DNA from: Selaginella moellendorffii
Taxonomy: Eukaryota; Plantae; Lycopodiophyta
Direction of reading: 5' to 3'
Assembly: GCF_000143415.4 (NCBI RefSeq)
Contig: NW_003314292.1
Location: forward strand, 250,825 to 314,824
Length of the DNA stretch: 64,000 nt
Shown: piece by piece, positions 11,545-22,522 of the stretch
Numbering within the stretch: the first letter of the stretch is position 1
How the letters are laid out: each line of letters opens with the position of its first letter
The notes under the pieces: model-generated
What the model was told of the DNA's origin: nothing
Database searches by the model: none
What the model saw: only the letters and a program-made list of their open reading frames with translations
Position numbers and translations under genes: made by a program

Positions 11545-14500
11545 ATGATGTTGGACCTTAACGAGGCACCGCTGCTAGCGCTTGGAAGTGGTGGTGGTGG
11601 CGGTGGTGGCGGTGGTGGCGGCGGTGCCAGTGGTGGAGTGGAAGCTCCTCTCGCTGCCTTGAACGATGGAAAGCAACAGCAACTCCTCGGTAGCAGTAGC
11701 GTGATAACTCCGCGAGCTGGGAATCAAGGCGACAGTAGTTTGTCCGCCAGGCGGCCAAGAGCTTCTTCATCTCCAGGATCATCCGTGGATGTCACGATTG
11801 GCCTCGCGGCTGGATCAGCAGTAGCAGCAGCAGCAGCAAATCTTCCACTATCCAGTGCTTGCGATCAAGTGGAGACCTCGCAAGTGAATTCCGGTACGTC
11901 GAGCTCCGCGGTGGTGACGGTGGCCACAACGGGGGGCGGCGGAGGAGGAGGAGCTCGGCTGGAGCTCCGTGCCGGCGCAGCCACGGAGTCCGGCAGCTCC
12001 GAGGATTTCGAGGAGGCGTCCAGCAAGGCAGTGGATCCGGAGCTGGAGGTGTTCGAGGAGATCGATGGCGCAGTGAAGCGACAAAGAACCGCGGTTTTGT
12101 TCTTCGAGTCGAGAACCACTGCTGGCAGTGGTGGCGAGAGTGGTGGCGGCGGTGGCGGCGGCGGCTCCGCTGTGGAGCGGAATTGCGCTATATTCGTGTC
12201 GTCTCCCTCGGAATCCAGCGACGAGAGCTGCAAGATCCTGGGAGTTGGAGGTCACGCTGGAAGTGACACTACTCTCATCGGTGTTAGCGATGGATTCCAA
12301 TGCAAGGACAAGGCGGCGCTCATCACACGCCAGCTCTTTCCACTCGAGTCGTCGACGTCTCCTTCGACACACGCCGCCACCACCACGGCGGCGACGCCGA
12401 CTGGAGCAGCGAGTGTCTATGGATTCGGCGCTGGGAAATCCTCCCCGTGGATGGGATTGGAGTTCCATCAGCGAGCTTTGTCCGAGACCTCCGGACGACT
12501 GAGCGATGTGTGTCAACCGCCAAAGAAGAGCCGGCGTGGCCCGAGATCGCGCAGCTCCCAGTATCGCGGAGTGACGTTCTACCGGAGAACTGGGCGATGG
12601 GAGTCTCATATCTGGTGAGCGATTGTGGATTTCTTTTCTCTTTCTTCAGATCTGGATTCGATCAAACTCATGTTTTTCTTGGTTGAATTTGCAGGGATTG
12701 CGGAAAGCAAGTGTACTTAGGTGAGCCAACTAAAAAAATGGTTGTTTTTCTTAAACTGATGTGCTCGAACTTTTTTTTTTTCCAGGTGGTTTTGATACAG
12801 CTCACTCAGCTGCCAGGTGAGCGAGTGTTCTATCCATTTCTTTTTTTCAAGTTGGAGGGATCGTTGTTGGTTCTTACTTTCCTGACGATCTTTTCGATCC
12901 AAGTTCTCGTTTTGTCTTCTCTCCTCTGAAGTTCGGATTTGATTGACGTTTGTTTCTCCAGAGCCTATGACAAAGCTGCTATCAAATTCCGAGGACTGGA
13001 TGCTGACATAAATTTCAGCCTGAGTGATTACGAAGATGATATCAGACAGGTAAGCAGCAGCAGTAGCAGCTGCAGCGAGACGCGCGCAGCTCAATCAGAT
13101 ATCGTAAATGGTCTTACAAACTCTCTCCTTTTTTACTCCTGCCTTTGCAGATGGCACACCTCTCGAAGGAGGAATTCATTCACATCCTGCGTCGTCAAAG
13201 CACCGGCTTCTCGCGAGGGAGCTCAAAGTTCCGGGGCGTAACACTTCACAAATGCGGCCGCTGGGAGGCGAGAATGGGACAATTCCTCGGGAAGAAGTAC
13301 GTAGTTTTCCTGGCAATCGTTTTTCTCTATCGATCCTCTCAAAAAAATCTCCAGTGTCACTGATGTTTTAGTACGTTTTCCTTCTTTCAAAGGTACATAT
13401 ACCTGGGACTCTTCGACAGCGAGGTTGAAGCTGCAAGGTAGTATTATCTTATCTCGCAGCGCTTTTGCGAATCTTTTTTTTCTTTTGTTCGTGACACTAA
13501 TCTTGCAACTGGCAGTGCAGGGCATACGATCGAGCCGCGATCAGGTGCAATGGAAGGGACGCTGTGACGAACTTCGATCCCAGCTCGTATGAGAAGGAGG
13601 GTCATACGGAAGGAGGCGGTACGTATACGTAACCAGCTCGTCTTTCTTCGTCGTCCTGGTCGTATCATCTTTGTTAGTTCGATGCCTTTTCGATCTTGAC
13701 TGATTGATGGCGACAGAGCATAGTCGTCTTTTTCGTAGAAATCGTGGTGGCAAGTACTACGTGGTCTTGAAAAGTCCTCTCTCTCAATTGATTTTTTTGG
13801 TGTGTCATGCAGGCGTGAGCAGTCATAACTTACAGCTTGATCTTGGGATCTCGCTCTCAAGCCCGTCTGATCAAAGGCCAGCAGTCGAGGGAGGATCAGA
13901 CGCTTGGAAGCGAGTGAACTCCTCGGAGACTGGATTGAACTGGCCGGTAAATCAATCTCCCTTTATCCATCGTTTTCACTGTGCCAGAACACTAAACACA
14001 AACTTGATGCGTGCACAGGCAGCCGAAGCTCCTTATCGCGGCAGCATAGATTCAACGTATCCTTCATCGCATCTCGGCCACATCCACGATTCCTCCCCGA
14101 GCAAGGTTGGAGGTTTTCTCACTCGGGAGTGTGCTAGCTAAGAGCTTTGACGATGGTGGCTGCAGGATCATCACCAAGTTACATACAGGCTCGAGGACCG
14201 GAATCGCTTGTTCTCACCCCTGCAAGAACACCATCTTCCCCAGCAGCAGGAGCAGAATCACACTCACCACCTCCACCACCAACACCAGCAGCATCTAAGT
14301 TGGAACCTACATCCGGATCACCACTCGGCCCTCCGGAGCTACAGCGCTCCCGGACCCGGTTTGTCAGCTCCGACTCCAGCTCTAGCTCCAGCTCCAGGCC
14401 ATAGTTTTGTAGCTCCATCAGTGGCATTTGGAAGCTCGCAGCAGCACCAGTGGATCGGTGGCCACCCCGCGGGATCGTTCGCCGCCACTCCAGTGTTCCA

Positions 14501-14631
14501 CCACCACCACCACTTTCAGGTATGCAGTGTAGAGTTTCCCCGCGAAGTTAACCATTCGTTGGCGTTAGGCCACACAGCAACCGGGTGATCTTGCCAACAA
14601 TGCCCACAGAACCTTGTACCATAGCTCATAG
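11545..14631 (+). CDS. AP2: euAP2 (APETALA2/TOE-like) transcription factor with two AP2 domains
   Basis: N-terminal EAR MLDLN; TRQLFP; [31 protein letters not shown]; small exons DCGKQVYLG and [10 protein letters not shown]; [41 protein letters not shown]; LDLGISL; last exon ends at TAG 14631. Confidence 0.95.
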
Positions 14632-14817
14632 GAACACTGAGTTTTGCGTGTAGTAGTATAAGTGTGAGTGTGGCTTTGTTTTGCAATAAGCAAAGGTGGT
14701 GGGGGCATCTAACAGAATATCCGATCCATTGACTTTGACCAAGGCCGACTTTAATTATTTTGACCTTTGACCCGAGAATATGCTTTTGAGTATTCCTGCT
14801 ATCTTGAATGTTTGGCT

Positions 14818-15615
14818 ATGGCGGTGGCGATCAACCCGGCATCGATCTTGTTGCCGGGGCGGGCGCGATCGATACGAGGTCTGTGCTCTTCCAGTCCGGT
14901 CGCGGGATCTTTGGCCACCGAGGAGGAGCAGCGCCAGCAGCGAAGAGCGCTCAAGGACGCTCTGGCGGAGCGGCTGGACGATAGCAAGGGGAATCTAGAC
15001 GAGGAGTCGCTGCGATTGATCTCGTCGCTGGAGGTGCTGAGCCCCCTGGTGGATCTCTCCCAGGTGCCGCACCTCTACCGCGGGTGCTTCCAGGGATTGC
15101 GCGCCTCGTTCAAGAACTCGGGGAGGAAGGGCGAGGTCCAGAAGGAGGTGGGCTTCTCCGGCGCGGTGGTCACGCTGGGGCGGGCGACCTTCAACGTTTA
15201 CAAGCCGACGAGCCTGGAGATCGTGCTGGGCACCACGTACAATCACGTCGGATTCACGGGCGAGGACGATTACTCGCTCATCATCCAGTTCCGGGTCGCG
15301 GGCCGCGACGATCTCGAGGGAATGCTCGTGAACCGCGCGAGGTTTAGCATCTCTGCGCCCAAGAGGATGGATGTGCTCTTCCTCTCGTCGACGATGAAGC
15401 CCAGGTTCTCCAGGGATTTGGGGGCGTGGATCGATTTCTTCCGGCGCGACAATGCGAGCATCAGCGAGGAGGATGGATCGGTGGATGCCACTCTCCCGGC
15501 GGCCAAAGGATGGCTGGATTACCTCTACCTGGACGAGGAGATCAGGATCACGAGAGGGAATCGAGGCGGCGTGTCAGTCGTCCAGCGGCTCGACGAGCCT
15601 GTTATAAATATCTAG
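14818..15615 (+). CDS. PAP/fibrillin-domain plastid lipid-associated protein (intronless)
   Basis: Transit-like N-terminus; LISSLEVLSP; C-terminal KGWLDYLYLDEEIRITRGNRGGVSVVQR. Confidence 0.85.
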   Translation: MAVAINPASILLPGRARSIRGLCSSSPVAGSLATEEEQRQQRRALKDALAERLDDSKGNLDEESLRLISSLEVLSPLVDLSQVPHLYRGCFQGLRASFKNSGRKGEVQKEVGFSGAVVTLGRATFNVYKPTSLEIVLGTTYNHVGFTGEDDYSLIIQFRVAGRDDLEGMLVNRARFSISAPKRMDVLFLSSTMKPRFSRDLGAWIDFFRRDNASISEEDGSVDATLPAAKGWLDYLYLDEEIRITRGNRGGVSVVQRLDEPVINI

Positions 15616-16166
15616 TACAGTAGAGAATTTTAAAATAAAAATGGATATAGCCGTTTGTTTCTAGGGCTAGGGTATTTCGATCGATGGAGCTGAGATGGCG
15701 CTCTGGCGCGAGCTGAGCGCTTGCATCGGTCGAGTCGCGATCGCGCTCGCATTTGTGAGAGGAATCGCGGTTGTTAATCAGGTACTTCGATCAATAGCAC
15801 CGAATTCGATCGCATTCTTGTTCGATGGATCTTTTTGCTGCAAAGCTCTGTGCATTCAAAGAAATCTTGATCGCTTTCATGTCTATTTCTATTTCATCAT
15901 GCACGAGATCGACGAGTTTGATCGGAATGTGTGAGATTTTTTTCTTTGGTTTTTCCTGACACACAATGTGTGTTCTCGTGACATACGGTTTCTTTTCTTG
16001 GTGCTCACAAGAATTTGGCATACATTTTTTTCGTCTTGTATTCAAGAGACTTTTGCTTCACTTCATGTGTTCCTGACACATAGAATGGTTTCTACAAAAT
16101 ATAGATAGATTTCTTTTTTCTTTTCTCTAACCAAATGCTTGCTTGCTTCTTCTCAGGCGAGTCCTA

Positions 16167-18017
16167 TCATCTGCTCACTCGGCAATTGAGGTCGGGGCTC
16201 CAGTCCTCGCTTCCAACACAATGGGTACACACGAAAAGTCCGCTGGGATCGACTTTGTCCTTGATTTTCTTGAGGGCGTCGTAGTTGCTGCCGAAGAAGG
16301 ATTGCTGCCAAGAGGGCTCGTTCCTGTTGGCCTCGTTCATGTAGCTTCCGGAGCCAGGGGTCAAGTCGGTCAGCATTTTGTAACCACTGCTCATCTCCGA
16401 CGCAAGGCTCGACTTGGTCTCCATGGTGCTGTTCTCGGCGAAAGGCCTCACGTAGAGAACATGCAAGAGGGCGTTTCGCCAGGCAGGGTTGACGGCGTTG
16501 TCCTGGGCTTTGGAAACTTTGCCTCCACCGACGAGATATCCCGAGATCCGCTGGAAGCCCATCTCTCCGAGTGAAACCAGTGCTTCCGCGAGCTTGTAAG
16601 GTGATTTTTCAGCAAGGGTGCGAGGGATCAGCCTGGATGCTTCAAGCTGAGAGAAACCAGACGGGAAGCCGCATTTACCGTTTGTGCACTGGTTCTCGAG
16701 GTGCCATTCGTAGTACGAGGAGAACTCCTTGATCTTACCACTGACGACGACGAGCTCGTTCTTCCAGCCTTCAACGTATGCAAGCAGGGGCTGGAGCGAC
16801 TTCTCTGCAAAGGCCATGTCCTTGTTGGGGAGAAGATACTGGGCTATCAGAGTCTTGCCGGCAGCGATGAAGAAGCCTCCCCATCCTGCGTCGGCCATGG
16901 ACGGGTTTAAGCTGATGACTTTGGCAAGCAGATCCTTGAAGGCGGAAGAAGTGCTGTTGGGACCTGTGGTGATGATATACGACGCGAAGACGAGGTTCGT
17001 CAGTGCCGGGTGTGCAACATAAGTGACCGCTGTGACAACACCGAAAGTACCTCCGCCTCCTCCTCGAAGCGCCCAGAAGAGCTCCTTGTTCTGGCAGGAG
17101 TTTGCCACCACCAGTTTCCCATCGGCTGTGACGACGTCGTACTCCAAAACGTTGTCTGCTGCGAGACCAAAGGATGGAGAGAGCTGGCTGTGGCCACCTC
17201 CTTGAGGATACCCACCGGCAGCTCCGACTGAAACACATTGAGCTCCTACGACGGTCCTCTTGTTCTTATGCGCCGCGGCGTAGACCTCCTCCCACTGGAC
17301 ACCGGCTCCGACTTTCACAGAAGGGGTGTTCTTACCGGTGTGGCAGCTCTGAGACCTGGGGGTCCTCAAGGCGACCCAAGGATCTTGAGCTTCCGGCGCT
17401 TCGACTTCATACTCGGCGAGCTCGTGGAATTTGTCCGAGAAAGTGATATCCTTGAGGTGATGGACCCAGATGCTGAGAGACCCCGGGGCCGTGTTCTTTC
17501 CCGTCATGTCGTGGCCGCTGTTCTTGATGACGAGTCGAAGATTGTGCTGCGACGCGAACGAGACTGCCTTTTGGACTTGAGACACTGTGGACACATCGAC
17601 AACATACATTGGTACGGCACCTTGCAAACATTCCGAGGCTCTGTCGCCCCGCAGCAGGCAGCCTTTGTCTCCATCCATCTCCATGTTGGGGACTTGCAAC
17701 GCGCTGGGCTGGTCGGATCTCCAGAAGGGGTCACCCGAGTTCTCGGTGACGAGCTTGCAAGCATTCTCGTCGAAGTAAGGATCATGGCAAGGGAAGCCCA
17801 GCGGCTTTGCTGCTATCAGTGCTCCTCCGACCGACGCATTGAAACTCTCCCACGTCTTGGCGTCTGGCCAGCATTCCTGCGACGGGAGACACCGGCATGA
17901 TCCTGCTGCTGCTGCTCCACGTAACGACAGTGGGAGGAATGTTATCATCAACACAATGACTAGCAGCTGGTAGTAGTGGCGATCATCCTCAGCAGCACTG
18001 GACGCCATACTCTCCAC
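16167..18017 (-). CDS. Secreted FAD-linked oxidoreductase (BBE/VAO fold), fungal isoamyl-alcohol-oxidase-like type, intronless
   Basis: Signal peptide; CRCLPSQECWP; RLVIKNSGHD (His-FAD); GAQCVSVGAAGGYPQGGGHS (Cys-FAD); LFWALRGGGGGTFGVVT; YMNEA; KDKVDPSGLF. Confidence 0.93.
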   Translation of the reverse strand: MESMASSAAEDDRHYYQLLVIVLMITFLPLSLRGAAAAGSCRCLPSQECWPDAKTWESFNASVGGALIAAKPLGFPCHDPYFDENACKLVTENSGDPFWRSDQPSALQVPNMEMDGDKGCLLRGDRASECLQGAVPMYVVDVSTVSQVQKAVSFASQHNLRLVIKNSGHDMTGKNTAPGSLSIWVHHLKDITFSDKFHELAEYEVEAPEAQDPWVALRTPRSQSCHTGKNTPSVKVGAGVQWEEVYAAAHKNKRTVVGAQCVSVGAAGGYPQGGGHSQLSPSFGLAADNVLEYDVVTADGKLVVANSCQNKELFWALRGGGGGTFGVVTAVTYVAHPALTNLVFASYIITTGPNSTSSAFKDLLAKVISLNPSMADAGWGGFFIAAGKTLIAQYLLPNKDMAFAEKSLQPLLAYVEGWKNELVVVSGKIKEFSSYYEWHLENQCTNGKCGFPSGFSQLEASRLIPRTLAEKSPYKLAEALVSLGEMGFQRISGYLVGGGKVSKAQDNAVNPAWRNALLHVLYVRPFAENSTMETKSSLASEMSSGYKMLTDLTPGSGSYMNEANRNEPSWQQSFFGSNYDALKKIKDKVDPSGLFVCTHCVGSEDWSPDLNCRVSR

Positions 18018-18715
18018 TCAAGCTTTCAGTACTTCCGCACCTGTATCAAGCAGTTAAATACACCAACAACACCGAGAAAGAGGGAGGTATGTGCTCGATG
18101 CTCATGGATCTTTGGTCTACACTTTTTGACTGTTCTAACGCTTTCCGCATCATTGAATCGCCGCCTTATCGCGTTTGTGTTTGTGTGTGGTTTTCAGGCT
18201 CTTATTTTACTCGTAAAGGATTCTGTCCCTGCCAGCTTACAGTTGCTGAAACGTATTTTAGTGGCTAGTGCTCTTCACAACACATGGTTTAAACGATCAC
18301 GGGCACGTCTTTCCCAGTGTGAGCGGAGCGGAGTGGAGTGTTTGGACTTTTCTGTAAGAGGTCTGTTATTCTCGATGCACTTCTTTTTTCTAACGCTGAG
18401 AATTATAGCTCTGTGGTCAGTGCCCGACACGCAAGTCCACCGAGAATGCCCCAGAATTGAATAGCCGCAGGTTTCACATGTCAAAACGTGAGCCATGGCT
18501 TTCTGTCGGTATCACTCCCAGTGTGAGCGGCAGCCATACCACAACTTTACAGCGCGGTTTGCTCTTCGTGGGTCCTCATGACTTGAAATAGCTGTTGTTG
18601 TTGTTGCAGCAGCCTGCAATGCCGTAGTGCTTCTGATATTACTTTACGTAAGCATTATGTCGTCGCGCACTACCGAAGGTAAACCAAGTTTTATCACTTT
18701 AGCTAATGCTCACTT

Positions 18716-20632
18716 GTGTTTTGCACAAAACGCGCCAGGGGAGACCACATTGATCATGCTGAGGGAAGCTCAATTATGTCAGTGGATCAACTAAAAGTGA
18801 TAAGGTGCTCCACAGCAGGTGCCATATATTCTCCCAGCAAAGACATTCAGCTCTCCAACATTCTTCTACAGACTTATGCGAAGTGCGGGGATCTGTTACA
18901 TGCACGCTCGGTGTTCGATGGCATCTGCGACAAGGACATCATCTCATGGGTCTCTATGCTCTCTGCTTATGCCCGAAATGGACATCTGGAGGAGGCCAGA
19001 GCACTGTTCCAAGGAATGCCACAGCGGAACTCGGTGGCTTGCACTACTATGCTGGTCGCTTATGCCCGGAGCGGGCAAACTGACGAGGCAAAGCGAGTGT
19101 TTGACGACATGAAAGAGAGGAACTTGGTGACCTGGAACGCTATGCTCGCTGGCTATGCCAGGAAAGGACACTTGGTCGAGGCGAAGCTGCTGTTTCAGAT
19201 TGCTCCAGAGAGGGATGTGGTTTCATGGACGACAATGGTTACTGCTCATGCTGAGAAAGGCCACGTAGAAGACGCGAAGAAATACTTCGAGAGAATGCCA
19301 GAGCGAGACTTGGTTTCCTTCACTACTATGCTGACTGCATACGCAGAGAACAGCCGTTTTCACGAGGCCCGGACTTTGTTTTCCAGGATGCCAGAGCTCG
19401 ACTTGGTATCCTGGAACGCAATGCTGGTGGCTTATGCTCACGAGAACGACTTGGAGGGTGCAAGGCAGGTGTTTGATCGGATGCAAGAACGAAACATGAT
19501 ATCGTGGAACGTGATGCTGTCCGGGTATGCTCAGCGCGGGGATATAGAAGAAGCTCGAAGAGTTTTCGACGCTATGCGGGTCCGCAATTTGGTCTCGTGG
19601 AACGCGATGCTCTCGGCACTCTCCCGCGGCTGCGAGCTCCAAGAGGCCAAGATGGTGTTTGACAGAATGCCGCAGCGGGACGTGGTCTCGTGGAACACCA
19701 TGCTGTGTGCATTCGCTGAGAACGGGGAGATACAGTCGGCCAAGAAACTCTTAGACAGCATGCGCGAGTGGAACTTGGTGTCCTGTACGGCGATGCTGAG
19801 TGCTTACTCGGAAGCTGGCGAGCTCGAGAACGCGAGACACGTCTTCGATCTCATGAAGGAGCGGAACGTCGTTTCCTGGACAGCCATGCTCTCGGCCTAC
19901 GCGCAGAATGGTCACGTCCGGGAAGCCAAGCAGGTTTTCGACGCCATGGGAGTGAGGAATGTCTGTAGCTGGACAGCCATGCTCTCGGCCTACGAGAAGA
20001 ACGGCCAGCTTGAGGAAGCCAAGCAAGTTTTCAGCGCGATGACGGACAGGAACCTCTCCTCGTGGAACGCGATGCTGGCGGCTTACGCTCGGAACGGGCA
20101 TCCGGGGAAAGCTCGAGAGGTGTTTGAAGGGATTCCGGAGCAGCGGAACACGGTGTCGTGGAACGCGGTCCTGGCGGCCTGTGCGAGCAGCGGGGAGAGC
20201 TCCAGTGGCGCCATGGAGATGTTCTACACGATTGCGCTGAGTGGCGACGCAGGGGACGAGATATCTTTCGTGTGCATCCTGGTTGCGTGCTGCCACCTCG
20301 GGGAAGTTTACACTGGATGGCAGCTTTTCCAGTCCATGGCCAGGGACTACGGCTTGAAACCGGCCAAGCAGCACTACTGCTGTATGATTGATCTGCTGGG
20401 ACGGGCCGGATATGTGGAAAGTGTGGAGGAGCTCATCGACAGTATGCCTTACGTGCCGGACGAGTGCGAGCGCACGGCCTTTCTCCGAGCTTGTGGAAGC
20501 CGCGGAGATACCACTGCTAGTTTACAAGCCCTTGGGAGCGTGGAGGAAAACAAGGCTACTGCTGCTACTGCTTCTTCCTACGTTCTTCTATCCAACACCC
20601 TCAAGCAGCGGCAATTCGTGAACATCCAGTAA
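18716..20632 (+). CDS. PLS-class PPR protein rich in short 31-aa repeats, E-like C-terminus, no DYW
   Basis: About 15 repeats of the form VSWNAMLxAYAxNGxxxEAxxVFxxMxER; HYCCMIDLLGRAG; SYVLLSN. First ATG is at 18776. Confidence 0.93.
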   Translation: MFCTKRARGDHIDHAEGSSIMSVDQLKVIRCSTAGAIYSPSKDIQLSNILLQTYAKCGDLLHARSVFDGICDKDIISWVSMLSAYARNGHLEEARALFQGMPQRNSVACTTMLVAYARSGQTDEAKRVFDDMKERNLVTWNAMLAGYARKGHLVEAKLLFQIAPERDVVSWTTMVTAHAEKGHVEDAKKYFERMPERDLVSFTTMLTAYAENSRFHEARTLFSRMPELDLVSWNAMLVAYAHENDLEGARQVFDRMQERNMISWNVMLSGYAQRGDIEEARRVFDAMRVRNLVSWNAMLSALSRGCELQEAKMVFDRMPQRDVVSWNTMLCAFAENGEIQSAKKLLDSMREWNLVSCTAMLSAYSEAGELENARHVFDLMKERNVVSWTAMLSAYAQNGHVREAKQVFDAMGVRNVCSWTAMLSAYEKNGQLEEAKQVFSAMTDRNLSSWNAMLAAYARNGHPGKAREVFEGIPEQRNTVSWNAVLAACASSGESSSGAMEMFYTIALSGDAGDEISFVCILVACCHLGEVYTGWQLFQSMARDYGLKPAKQHYCCMIDLLGRAGYVESVEELIDSMPYVPDECERTAFLRACGSRGDTTASLQALGSVEENKATAATASSYVLLSNTLKQRQFVNIQ

Positions 20633-20783
20633 TGCACTTCGTAATCTTTTTTGTTACTCTTCTTTGGAAATAACTAACATTGTCTATTTCATCTTCAACA
20701 TCTGAAGCTCACACTATTTGGAAAATATGAACAGCTTACAGGGCTCGGGGCAAAAATGAAATTATGATACTTTTATAAGCTCA

Positions 20784-22371
20784 TCAGACATGAATGGCAT
20801 TGCCATTTGAGTTGAGGATGGCTTCAATGACAGCAACATCAATAAAAGCTTCTCCAGGACTACTGCGCTTATCAGCTTCTCCTCCCTGCATAAACTATTT
20901 AGTATATATACATAGACAACATTTCAATGGTACCAATAATACCTGTGAAAGGTCGTGAATGAATGATCTCAATTCTTCCTCAACTCCACAGCAAGGATAA
21001 AAAATTGAGTTTTTACCCACCGAAGTAGCATGCGACACCTGTATTAGGTTAGTATTTGATGGAGAATTTGGATTTGAATATCGCTCACCATAAAGCCTGG
21101 CTGACCATCTTGAGTATCTTGATCGACTTCAACTGTACCTTTTGTTCCAACAATTTTCCAGCTCATCTAAATTTCCAAGGTTCATCATCTATAAAATTCT
21201 CTGAGCAAAACAGAACATACCTTCTTAGTTGTACAGGAAAACGAAATCATCAAAGTCCCGGCACACCCGTTTTCCAGCTCACTGCAAACGTAAGACTTCG
21301 ATTTAGCAGCCAAAACAATTCAAGAGAATAAGAAAACTTACAACAAAGCAGACACATTGTCTGGAGGAGGTAATGCTTCATCTACATGGCGGCAGATTGC
21401 TGAAACAGATTTTACTTCGGAACCAGTGATCTGAAACAGAAAAGTATGAACGTAAGAACGGGTTTGTTTTTCTTTTTCTTTAGAAAAAATGCAAATATTA
21501 CCACTCGAAGCCCTGCAATTTGGTGAACAGCTCCATCCAAAACATATCCACCCTGTAATTTTTATCGAAACACCGTGATAGATTAATTATATCATTTACC
21601 TTGAGCTCTCTTCGCCAAATGCTTGAAAATGATGACCGTGAGATGTTCATTGGACTTTCAACCGTTACTTCCACCGCCACCATGTGTCCTATGTCCTTCG
21701 CCAACTTGTGAGCCTGTGAAAACAAAAAATTCTTAGAATATATTTTATTTTTCTGAGCAATATTAATTACCTCCACAAGTGCGCGCTCAAATCTGTAGTT
21801 TTCAGCTATTGCCCACACAGGTCTCATGGTGCCCAAACTTTCATAGAAACTTGTCAAACCCTGAGCTTGTTGAGTACTTGGAGCTATAGGCTTTTCTGTA
21901 GCTTCATGCGTTAGCCAGATCATAATAAACATGGTAAGCTTGTACCTTGAATAACATGTTTTCCTGCCTTGAGTGCCTGCATCACAAACTCTCCCTAACA
22001 TCAAAATAAAATGGTTAGAAGTTCTGTCTGATATTATTACAGGCAATTGCATATACCTGCACTTGTGGCTGAAGAACAATCGCTACTGCAAGGATGGTAT
22101 CATCACTGAGAATGTCATCTAGGCCCTGTTGACCCCACTTTGGCTGAACTCCTGGAACACAATCCTTGATCAAGGACACTGATCGCTCCGCAGATTCCTA
22201 GAAAAATGAGAGATTTATCATGCAAGGATCCTGGGAAAAATAGCCTAGTACCTGTGAGCGACTCCACAGCGCCTTGAGTGAGACTACATCTGTAAGCTTG
22301 GTGGAGAAGAGAGGGAAATACTGCTTCTGTGCAAAATTTCCAACCCCTATTAGGGCTAAACTAGGTGCCAT
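20784..22371 (-). CDS. Gfo/Idh/MocA family NAD(P)-dependent oxidoreductase (multi-exon)
   Basis: MAPSLALIGVGNFAQKQY (Rossmann motif); EKPIAP; WAIAENYRFE; about 10 short GT-AG introns; stop TGA at 20786-20784. Confidence 0.85.
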
Positions 22372-22522
22372 CGCTGTGAAAAAGGAAGAGACTCCCCTCT
22401 ATTTATATTAGAAAAACAACCATTATACGCTCTTAATTAAAAGGAGTTATTTTCCGTTAATCACAGTATATATATATATATATATCGATTTTTCCAGGTT
22501 TGGGTGAAGAAATCATGATTAT

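Noticed and set aside
14160-14180. ctgcaggatcatcacc resembles a miR172 target
   Set aside because: It straddles an intron acceptor (ctgcag|gat) and mismatches the half that pairs with the miRNA 5' end.
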